Assembly (NCBI RefSeq): GCF_006345805.1
Contig: NW_021823921.1
Location: 1 to 20,801, forward strand
Length of the DNA stretch: 20,801 nucleotides
Origin: Octopus sinensis
Taxonomy: Eukaryota
Reading direction: 5' to 3'
A program made the translations under genes and the position numbers. Under the pieces are notes generated by a model. It saw only the letters and a program-made list of their open reading frames with translations. It was not told the DNA's origin and ran no database searches. Numbering within the stretch: the first letter of the stretch is position 1; the number at the start of each line of letters is the position of its first letter. Positions 1-9,619 of the stretch are shown here, in pieces.

Positions 1-962
1 GAGAGAGAGAAAATGGATTCTCCAAGAAGTAAAGAAATATCTAACAAAAGATGTCACAAAAAAAATTATTTAAAAGAAATTCCAACGGGAAAAAAATAAC
101 AACACACACACACATGCACACACATATACACACATACACACACACATAACATCAATAAAACGGCAGCAGCAGCAATGACATCGACAACAACAACAACAAC
201 AACAACCAAACAACACAGAAATAGCAGCAACAATTACATCGAAACAAAACTATTAGAGTTACAAAACTATTCAAAACCGAACTAGTCGGTTTTCGCAAAT
301 ATAACAAAAAGCAAGAATTCGTTGGTTCTCTTTTAGCATCTAAGCCACCGCTAATTTGCTATTTAAAGGAGGTGGGCCTACGTCTGACACACTATTTACT
401 CTTAAACAACATTCTACCGCCCTTCCCTTCTTTACTCCACTCTATTTGTTTATTAGGGATCGGGAACGGGCAAGTTGTAGTCTAAATGGAAGAATAGAAG
501 AATGATATTTCCGGTCCAACGATAAGTTGAATTTTTTTGTATGTAATTCCATCTGCTGTTTCTTTCCATTCTTTTCTAATTCTTGTTCTATTTATTCGTT
601 CTCTTGCAGCATTCTTTGCAGTTATTTTTGTTATTCTTGTTGTTGTTATTATTATTTGTGTTGTTTGTTGCTTATTCTTCCCCTTCCTCCTCTCTTCCAA
701 TTCGTTTTGTATATTTTTGTTACACACACACACATATATTTCTTTGGGTTTTTTCTTTTACCATTCTCCAATCTCAAATTTCATGTATAAAACGTGTGAA
801 TATGTGATACATGTGTGCGTATATTTCAGCATGTATATGGGTGTGAGTGAATGCAGGTTTCATATGTGTTTGTGTGGTGTTCATAGTATCACTATGTGTA
901 TAAAATCTACCAATGTGTCTTATAAGTAAAACTCGTCTCTAGATGTGTTATTGACGTGTAAG

Positions 963-1018
963 AATCTGACTTACGAACGCGTCGTTTGATATATATAAAT
1001 ATATATATATAGTTATAT

Positions 1019-1072
<54 letters not shown>

Positions 1073-1093
1073 GACGCGTTCGTAAGACAGATT
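963..1093. repeat. 23-bp inverted repeat (1 mismatch) enclosing a (TA)n tract
   Basis: aatctgacttacgaacgcgtcgt (963-985) and acgacgcgttcgtaagacagatt (1071-1093) are reverse complements except at one base; the spacer is almost pure (TA)n. Confidence 0.85.
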
Positions 1094-1241
1094 ATTATAT
1101 ATACATATATATATTTATTATATATACATATATATAATCTTTATATATATATATATGTAAATACGTTTTTCAGTATAATTTATTTTATACACATTTACGT
1201 TTATTTACATATAAACAAGCTCATACAGATGTGCGTGCGTT

Positions 1242-1252
1242 TGTGTGTGTGC

Positions 1253-1312
<60 letters not shown>
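1242..1312. repeat. (TG)n microsatellite
   Basis: Near-perfect TG run read directly. Confidence 0.95.
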
Positions 1313-1315
<3 letters not shown>

Positions 1316-1579
1316 ATACGTAATTCTGTCTCTGTTTTACATGCCTAAAATGGTTCTACAATGATGTTATTGTTTCAGCTTTAACAGACCTTCTCAGATA
1401 AAGTTACTGGCTTACGTGTAAGTATATAATCAAATTACCCTTTTTTTTCCTGGAAAATATAAACACATACATGCTTATAAGTATATATACATACATAATA
1501 TATATATTATATATATATATATATATATAGCAGTACATTTACTTATTTACTGTGGTTAACCCCGACTCAACCCTGGACC

Positions 1580-1635
<56 letters not shown>

Positions 1636-2035
1636 TATATACGTATAAATATACATACGTACTGAATCTTATTTTTTTCCCAAAAGTATGTTTTGTGAAA
1701 AAATTGATTAAACTACAATGTAATTTCGCCAGACAGGTTCATAGAGTGACTCCCTTTTCTGAGTTTTCAAAGTCGAATGCAATGATAAGTTAACAGAAAT
1801 AAATAAAATAAAATAAAATAAAATAAAATAAATGCATAACTATAGGGGATTTCGAGAATTCCCAGGGAAGTCAGAACTGAAATGAAAATCAGGAGCTTGA
1901 AATAGACGTTGTAATACGCATCGCTTGCACGGTTTTTCGAAAGCATTAAAATAATTTTTTTTGTCGTTAGCTTTCGTAAAAAAAAAAAAAAAAGCTCAAA
2001 ATTTAGGCGCAAGCGTAACTGTCTGGTGAGAAGCT

Positions 2036-2451
2036 GAATCTTTTCGGTTTGAACGGCAGTTTTTTAAAATAATTTCCACGTAACTAAACACTTTTAAACT
2101 TCGTATACTGGTAGAATGTGTTTATAAAACATCTTTCTCTATTGGCTTTATTGAGAAAATTCTATAGTTTGTAAGATATTTGTTGTCTTTTTTCTTCAAT
2201 TTCTGCAATTTCAACCTATCAATGACGTCTATTGAGGTGAAAACATTCTGTGCCGTATGAATATGTCCCTCGTTTAAGAAACAGATTAGGTTTATTTACG
2301 TTTCTGAAGAAAAAAAGATACCCTTCACCCCACCCCTAACCCTAAACCTAAAACAGATTGAAATCCAATAGATCGATACTAGGGTCATAATTATGGGTGA
2401 CAATTTCATATGACACCGCTAGAAAAACTGCCGTTCAAACCGAAAAGATTC
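2036..2451 (+). mobile_element. Non-autonomous DNA transposon (MITE), Merlin-like, copy 1
   Basis: Perfect 29-bp TIRs gaatcttttcggtttgaacggcagttttt (2036-2064) / aaaaactgccgttcaaaccgaaaagattc (2423-2451); perfect 8-bp TSD gagaagct (2028-2035, 2452-2459); no coding capacity. The superfamily is inferred and the strand is arbitrary. Confidence 0.92.
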
Positions 2452-2645
2452 GAGAAGCTTCATTCCCAAATTACATTGTTCTGGGTTCAGTCTTGGGCAA
2501 GTGTCTTGTACTATGGCTTCACTCACAAATCCTTGTGAGTGAGTTTGCTAGACGGAAACTAAAAGAAGCCCGTCGAATATATGTATATGTATGTATCTAT
2601 GTGTATGTCTTTGGGTCTGTGTTTGTCCCCCCCCCCCCACCACTG

Positions 2646-2958
2646 TGGAGGAACATGGCCTAGTGGTTAGAGCAGCGGACTTGCGTTCGAGGATCACAGG
2701 TTCGAATCTCAGACCGGGCGATGTGTGTGTTTATGAGCGAAAAAACCTAAGCTCCACGCGGCTCCGCCAGAAGGTAATGGCGAACTTCTGCTGACTCTTT
2801 CGTCACAACTTTCTCTCACTCTTTCCTCCTGCATCTTGCAGCCCATCTGCGACGGACCGGCGTCCCGTCCAGGTGGGGAACCTATACGCCAAGAAACCGG
2901 GAAACCGGCCCTTATGAACCAGGCATGGCTCGAGAAGGAACAAACAAAAAAAAAACAT
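2646..2958 (+). mobile_element. tRNA-derived SINE, group B, full length
   Basis: Pol III A-box tggcctagtgg (2656-2666), B-box ggttcgaatctc (2699-2710), A-rich tail (2939-2955), candidate TSD caccactg (2638-2645, 2959-2966); its 5' ~190 nt are homologous to the element at 18872-19248. Confidence 0.88.
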
Positions 2959-3142
2959 CACCACTGCTTCATAATTGATGCTGGTGTGTTTATGTCCCTG
3001 TTACTTAGCCGTTCGGCAAAGAGAAGCCGATACAATAAATGCCAGACTTAAAAATAAATCCTGGGGTAGATTTGTTCGACTACAACCATTCAGGGTGGTG
3101 CCTCGGCATATTCGCAACTAAATGACTGAAACAAGTAAAAGA

Positions 3143-3345
3143 TATGTTTCTTTATTAGCCACACAGGGCTGCACACAGACAGAACAAATTACAAGGTAGA
3201 GCTTTTCTTTTGGGGGTAAAAAAAAGGGGGTTGGTTTTCGATCAAAAGGGATCGTAAAAGGAAAGAAAGAGGACAAAAGAAAGAGGAGGATTTTTAAAAA
3301 AAGGGGGGGGGGAGAAAAGGGGAGAGGAAAAAAAAAGTTGATCAA
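3143..3345 (-). mobile_element. Probable 3'-terminal fragment of a LINE-type element
   Basis: 3147-3188 matches the 3' tail of the group C SINE (9412-9453) at 34/42 positions, after which the sequences diverge. LINE identity is inferred; no RT ORF is present. Confidence 0.45.
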
Positions 3346-3643
3346 TATAAAAAGTATCCTCAGAAATCAGGCATTTTTGAGAAAACAGGTTCTGATTATC
3401 AGCAGAAAGAATGGAAACATGAACCTCAGAGTACTGAGAAGTTAATGTTTATCTGTTAAAATACGCAATGAGCATTGCAATGTACGAGTATCACTCCTTG
3501 CATACTCAACAGAAAGTAATAAATCTCCCTTTGTAAAAATCGAACGCTTCATGAAGAAATACAAATATGGCTGATAACACTGTGTAACGTGATTTTTGTC
3601 CTTGAGTAGCAACTGCTCTTTGTTATTTGTTTATACAAAGAAA

Positions 3644-4058
3644 GGATCTTTTCGGTTTGAACGGCAGTTTTTTCTAGCGGTGTCATATGAAATTGTCGCC
3701 CATAATTATGACCCTAGTATCGATCTATTACATTTCAATATGTTTTAGGGTTGAGGGAATCTGTTAGGGGTGGAGGGAAGGTATCTTTTTTTCATCACAA
3801 ATGTAAATAAACCCAATCTGTTTCTTAAACGAGGGACATATTCATACGGCACAGAATGTTTTCACCTCGATAGATTGGTTGAAATTGCAGAAATTAAAGA
3901 AAAAAAACAACAAATATCTTACAAACTATAGAATTTTTTCAATAAAGCCAAGAGAAAAAGATGTTTTATAAACACATTGTACCAGTATACGATATTTAAA
4001 AGTGTTTAGTTACGTGGAAACTTATTTTTAAAAACCGCCGGTCAAACCGAAAAGATCC
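3644..4058 (-). mobile_element. Non-autonomous DNA transposon (MITE), Merlin-like, copy 2, inverted relative to copy 1
   Basis: TIRs ggatcttttcggtttgaacggcagttttt / aaaaaccgccggtcaaaccgaaaagatcc; perfect 8-bp TSD caaagaaa (3636-3643, 4059-4066); the internal sequence aligns along its length with the reverse complement of 2036-2451. Confidence 0.92.
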
Positions 4059-4164
4059 CAAAGAAAGTATGACAAATGGTTAATATTTCCTTTAAACTTT
4101 GCTTTTGTTACGATATTTATTCAAGCCACAAAGAATCGCAAGATAAGAATACCAAGGAAGATGA

Positions 4165-4501
<337 letters not shown>

Positions 4502-4855
4502 AAAAAATGAGTGAAAAAAAAACCGGAAAGGATGAAGAAAGATAAAAAGGGAAAAAAAAACAAAATCGAAAGAAATGGAAGCAAAGACAGAAAATAGCTC
4601 TTCCACCCGCTCCCTGCACGACCTCCACTCACAAAAATGATGAAGCAATGCAGGAACGCGAACTAACTACAACGATATGTCTGCGATTAAAACGAAAGGC
4701 TATAATTTTGCTTTGTTTTTCGTTTTGGCTTTTCCTTTCGTTCTTCGTTCCAAAGAGGTTTTTTTTTTGTTCTTTTGGAGCCAGACATATTTATGAGTGA
4801 TTCGTTTGCTCACCAGGTGGCATAGTCTACAATCTAAGCATCAATACATTTTTTT

Positions 4856-4970
4856 TACTACTAATACTATCGCCACCACCATCAACACCACCACCACTAC
4901 CACTACAGCTACCACCACCATCACTATTAAAACCACCATCAGCATCACCAACACCAGCACCACCATTACA

Positions 4971-5010
<40 letters not shown>

Positions 5011-5102
5011 TACTACTACTGCTGCTGCTGCTGCTGCTGTTGCTGCAACCTTCCTTACCGTCACTAACACTTCCATGACCACCACCACCACCACCTTTAC
5101 TA

Positions 5103-5145
<43 letters not shown>

Positions 5146-5407
5146 GCTGCTGCTGCTATTACTACTACTTCTACTAATAGTACTACTACTACTGATGGTG
5201 GTGATGATGATGATGATGATGATGAGGAGGAGGAGGAGGAGAACGGTGATGCTACAGCTGCTGATGCCGATACTGATGATGATGATGATGATGATGAATT
5301 TGATGCTACTTTTTCTTCTACTACAGCTGCTACTAAGAGTCCCAAAACGATTACAAGTACATCACCTACTACTACTACTACTACTACTACTACAACCACC
5401 GCCACCA

Positions 5408-5440
<33 letters not shown>

Positions 5441-5500
5441 AACCACCACCACTACAACTACTACTACTACTACTACTACTATACTACTACTACTACTACT
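4856..5500. repeat. Compound trinucleotide microsatellite (CTA/CCA/CTG/GAT)
   Basis: Read directly. Confidence 0.95.
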
Positions 5501-5654
5501 TTGCTCTCCATCCTCTGTCGCCATATTTTAAGTAGTAGCACAGAAAATATCAGAGCCTCAGCGGGGAATCTTTAGCGAGTTAGAAATGTTGGGGGCGGTT
5601 TTTTTTACTCTTAAGAATTATGAAAACAGTTGGATACTCATTTCTCTTTTAGAC

Positions 5655-5698
<44 letters not shown>

Positions 5699-5847
5699 GA
5701 TGTATCTAACAATAGCTTTCATCAGTTGCCATATTATCAGGAGCGCCAAAAATTATCAAGAACCCAGCGGGGTTTCTTTACCCAAACGAGTTGGGTACAC
5801 TTCTTTTCTTCTTTTTGTTTCTATCAAACAAGAATACAAAACAGAAT

Positions 5848-5896
<49 letters not shown>

Positions 5897-5964
5897 AGCT
5901 GCTGCTGTTATTGTTGTTGTTGTTGTTAAGCAACAAGACGGGTAAGGGTGATTAAGGTGATGGT

Positions 5965-6202
5965 CTAGGGCTTAGGGGCGGGAGATCCCAGACCATGGAA
6001 AGAGAAAAACATCTTTGGTCGTCTTGTTGTAATCGAGGGCTCTTCGTTGAGGCCCGACACCACTGGGAGCTGGCCCTCGAAGTCGCTGGAAATGGAGATC
6101 TCCAGGTCCAAATTCTTGAACGGCTGCTGCTGCTGATCCTACAACTAGCACTGGAAGTCCTACGTGGTTATTCGATGTGCAAGGAATAGCAGCTAAATAA
6201 CC
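5965..6202 (-). other. Unique, relatively GC-rich island; candidate exon (frame unresolved)
   Basis: Acceptor-like tgcttttag|G at 6203/6202 opens a 76-aa frame (GYLAAIPC...WSGISRP*, stop 5974-5972). An overlapping frame 6138-5965 (DQQQQPFKNLDLEIS...PAPKP*) has 30 of its first 36 codons ending in G/C. No recognisable homology. Confidence 0.3.
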
Positions 6203-6307
6203 CTAAAAGCACATACTTGTCTTTTAAGAAATGTAAGGACTCATTGGAGGACGTAGCTCAAAATATACTGCGGCCTCGAAGAATTTTAGTCTAACGAATC
6301 GACACCA

Positions 6308-6672
6308 TTACTTCATGTTTTTAATCATTGTTTTAAGACTGGTACTTATCTTGTCGGTCTCTTAGGCCAAACCGCTTTGTTACGTGGACGTAAACACACC
6401 AACACCGGTCCTCAAGTGGTGGTGGGGGATAAAAATATACGCACGATCATACGCGCACACACAGGCGCGCATACACACGCACACGCACGCACACACATGT
6501 ATGTATATATGATATACGATGGTCTTCTTTCAGCTTCCGCCCTCCATATTCACCCTCAAGGTTTTGGTCGGCCCAAGGTTATAGTAGAACACACTTGCCT
6601 AAGGTGCTACGCAGTGGGACTGAACTCGGAACCATGTGGTTGGGAAGCAAGCCTCTTACCACACAACAACAC
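6308..6672 (-). mobile_element. Group A SINE, diverged copy
   Basis: Contains gacgtaaacacacc, ttctttcagcttccg, tatagtagaacacacttgcctaaggtgc and gggactgaactcggaaccatgtggttgggaagcaagc, colinear with 8889-9233. Confidence 0.85.
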
Positions 6673-6850
6673 CGTAATAGAATTAAAAAATAATGAGTGT
6701 CCAAGGTGGGGACACTTTTGGTCCCCTCCTCGAGCTGTCCCGTGTGCTAAACAACATTAAAAAAGACAGATAATAAAATGTAGTCCTAGGTAAACGTGTA
6801 CAGTTGCAAAATTTTAATCTACTTTATAGTTTTCTGATTGTTATATATCA

Positions 6851-7060
6851 TTTTTACTTTATGTCAGTCATCGGACTTGGCCATGATGGAGCACCGCTGT
6901 GAAGGGCTTCAATAGAACAAATCGAAATTTTTGAGTCCGTTACTTACTCTATCGATCTCACTTCCCGAACTGTTAAGTTACAAGGGCGTAAACAAACCAA
7001 CACTGGTTGTCAAGCGGTGTGGCGGGAGTTAAAAAACAGTCACAAGACACAAAGATATAT
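6851..7060 (-). mobile_element. Group A SINE, 3' half (diverged)
   Basis: cagtcat...ggccatgatggagcaccgc...gtaaacaaaccaacactggttgtcaagcg matches the 3' half of the other group A copies. Confidence 0.75.
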
Positions 7061-7224
7061 ATGGCTGAGGTGGCAACAAGTTTGCTTCCCAAGCACATGA
7101 CTCTGATTTCAGTCCCAAGGAGTCCAAGGTACCATGCACCTCAGGCAAGTGTCTTCTACTATAGACCTGAGCTGACCAAAGCATTGTGAGTTCATTTCGT
7201 AGATGGAAGCTAATGAAGCCCGAC
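7061..7224 (+). mobile_element. Group A SINE, 5' half (tRNA head plus CORE-like region), opposite orientation to the adjacent 3' half
   Basis: tttgcttcccaagcacatg...ttcagtccc...ggcaagtgtcttctactatag...gaccaaagcattgtgag...gaagcccgac. Confidence 0.8.
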
Positions 7225-7751
7225 TTCCTCCAAGTAGAGACGGTAAATCTGTTGCTCCTGCCGTCTCAAAAAATAGCGTTCGTAAAACTTTTTTATCTCG
7301 TTTGTCTTAACAGCCCTTCTTGTTTGTGTTACTGTTATTCTCCGTGTCCTGTCCTTCACTGTTTATATTTTGTACTGTCGTTACTGTCCCGTTTTTGTTA
7401 CCATTTTGTTACCGCAAAAAAATCTCAAATTTTATTTAATTTGATTTTCGCGGGAAGGATATTTTCATTGAAGTCATGTATCGCCTTGACCTTCGAAATG
7501 TGGAGTAGATGAATCTAAGGCGACTGAAGAATGAGAATTTTCCTTGTTTTGTATGTCCTGTACTCTATTTTTTCGTTGTTTAAAAATATGTCCATTTCTT
7601 TGGTTTTGTGTTTATGTTTTCGTTTCTCATTGTGTTCGACGTTTTTTTTTTTGTGTCCTGTACACATATATGCATGTATATATACATGTAGAGGTAGGTA
7701 CGTACATATATGTATGTATATATGCATATGTTTTATTTATTTATTAATTTT

Positions 7752-7758
7752 CTATATA

Positions 7759-7824
<66 letters not shown>
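7752..7824. repeat. (TA)n microsatellite
   Basis: Read directly. Confidence 0.95.
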
Positions 7825-7827
<3 letters not shown>

Positions 7828-8141
7828 TAAACAGTAAAATAATTACAGACATGGACAAGAACATGAAACACCACAGAGACGACACAAGAACCACAGGACG
7901 GGACATTCGAAGCCCTCAGTCATCAGTCAAGAACCAGATCATCTTAGCAATTTCGGCTGATTAATCTTATATATATATATATAGGGAGTGTTATAACAAA
8001 AAAACCCAAAGACGAACACAGGTGGTGTACAAAACAAACAGATGTATTAGTATAACGCTCAGGAATAGAAAAAGGCCTTTTACGTTTCGAGCCTCCACTC
8101 TTCTACAGAAAGGGACGCAGAAAAAAAAAGGAGAGAATATA

Positions 8142-8202
<61 letters not shown>

Positions 8203-8650
8203 TGTGTGTGACTTTGCCATTCATCAATTCGGAGTCGATAAAATGTGTACAAGTTTAGCACGCACCCACCCACCCCGAAATCGCTGACCTTGTACTAAAA
8301 CCTTGCAACAAATATCACTCATCTATCAGCTTCTTCTATTGAATAACACCGTGTCATGCCGAGAAGTGTTTTTATTTTGTTTGTTTTTGCTTTTGTTTTT
8401 TTATTTAAAGCAGAGCTACATAGAACATTCCTTTCGATATGTTTGTTTTTACATTCCTCGTGTACGGCAGGTTAAACGCTATTAGATTTCTCGTTTTCTT
8501 CTCCTGGGCATACGTTGTTGGTTCGGCAGGAACTTGATATCTTCATTTTAGCGACGTCTTCGTTGTACATGTGTGCTGCTCGGACGGATGTTTCAACTTC
8601 ATCAGTTTTCTCACACGTTCCTTTACCAATGTTCGTAACCGACATTTATA

Positions 8651-8716
8651 TACTCTTTTACTGTTTTACTTGATTCAGTCATTTGACTGCGGCCATGCTG
8701 GAGCACTGCCTTTTAG
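8651..8716 (-). mobile_element. Group A SINE 3' terminal fragment
   Basis: cagtcatttgactgcggccatgctggagcactgcc, nearly identical to 11677-11712 and 13093-13127. Confidence 0.85.
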
Positions 8717-8782
8717 CCTCCTGGTTTCTCAGACATAGTCGAACTGTCCAACCCATGCTAGGATCGAAAATGGATGTTAAAC

Positions 8783-8822
<40 letters not shown>
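8717..8822 (+). mobile_element. Probable 3' end of another SINE/LINE with a (GAT)n tail
   Basis: ccaacccatgctaggatcgaaaatggatgttaaac is followed immediately by a perfect (GAT)n tail, typical of retroposon 3' ends. Single copy in the window, so this is inferred. Confidence 0.5.
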
Positions 8823-8824
<2 letters not shown>

Positions 8825-8888
8825 TGAAAATAATAAAAGATGACAGTTTTTTCAATCTTATATTTATTTTGTAAACATATGATACAAC

Positions 8889-9233
8889 ACTCTTTACTCT
8901 CTTTACTCGACCCCGGGACTTATTCTTTGTAAGCCTAGGACTTATTCAATCGGTCTCTTATGACGAACCGCTAAGTTACGGGGACGTAAACACACCAGCA
9001 TCGGTTGTCAAGCGATGTTGGTGGGACAAACATAGACACACAAACATACATATATACATAAACATATATACGACAGCTTCTTTCAGTTTCCGTTTACCAA
9101 ATCAACTCACAAGGCTTTGGTCGGCCTGAGACTATAGTAGAAGACACTTGCCCAAGGTGCCGCACGGTGGAACTGAACCCGGAACATTTTGGTTGGTAAA
9201 CAAGCTACTTACCACACAGCTACTCCTGCGCCT
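8889..9233 (-). mobile_element. Group A SINE (CORE-like), near full length, lacking ~55 nt near the 3' end
   Basis: Minus strand reads aggcgcaggagtagctgtgtggtaagtagc...ccgggttcagttcc (B-box-like), then caccttgggcaagtgtcttctactatag (CORE-like), a TA/TG spacer, a 3' domain and an (AGAGTAA)-type tail. Confidence 0.9.
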
Positions 9234-9237
9234 ATAT

Positions 9238-9619
9238 ATTCTGTTCTATTCTAGGCACAAGGCCCGAAATTTTGTGGGGGAAGGGGGACAGACGATTAGA
9301 TCTACCCCAATACGCAACCTGATACTAAATTTATCGACCTCGAAACGATGAAAGGCAAAGTCGACCTTGGCGGAATTTGAACTCAGAACGTAACGCCAGA
9401 CGAAATACCTATTTCTTTACTACCCACAAGGGGCTAAACACAGAGAGGACAAACAAGGACAGACAAACGGATTGAGTCGATTATATCGACCCCAGTGTGT
9501 AACTGGTACTTAATTTATCGACCCCAAAAGGATGAAAGACAAAGTCGGCCTCGGCGGGATTTGAACTCAGAACGTAAGCATATCGCCCGGTGTGCTAACG
9601 TTTCTGCCAGCTTGCCGTC
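9238..9619 (-). mobile_element. Group C tRNA-derived SINEs: two bodies with different 3' tails, nested or tandem
   Basis: Minus-strand head ctggcagaaacgttagc (A-box-like); B-box gagttcaaatccc (9556-9568) repeated as gagttcaaattcc (9372-9384); the body gtcgac/ctttcat/ggtcgataaatt occurs twice (~9320-9390 and ~9505-9572). Confidence 0.85.

Larger units (their letters stand above)
2005..3142 (+). mobile_element. tRNA-derived SINE, group A (CORE-like), split by a MITE (2036-2451) and a group B SINE (2646-2958)
   Basis: Removing the two inserts gives aggcgcaagcgtaactgtctggtgagaagct|tcattcccaaattacattgttctgggttcagtc...ttgggcaagtgtct...gaagcccgtcg...gatgctggtgtgtttatgtccc...aaatgactgaaacaagtaaaag. 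This is colinear with the reverse complement of the near-complete copy at 8889-9233 and with 12827-13023. Confidence 0.85.

Noticed and set aside
2646-2720. tRNA gene (also the tRNA-like heads near 9550-9619 and 19175-19248)
   Set aside because: A- and B-boxes are present, but the heads run directly into SINE bodies with tails and TSDs, and I could not fold a complete cloverleaf.
5985-6030. Tachykinin-like FxGL motif (KMFFSFHGLG) in the minus-strand frame
   Set aside because: It reads FHGLG rather than FxGLM-G, no basic cleavage site follows the Gly, and the frame itself is unconfirmed.
7234-7267. Small hairpin gagacgg...ccgtctc as a terminator or regulatory element
   Set aside because: A 7-9 bp stem is expected by chance in 20 kb, and intrinsic terminators do not apply to this eukaryotic context.
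7900-7960. Second hammerhead (CUGAUGA at 7926-7920, minus strand)
   Set aside because: The downstream motif is GAAU rather than GAAA, and using the upstream GAAA gives no consistent helix I or II.
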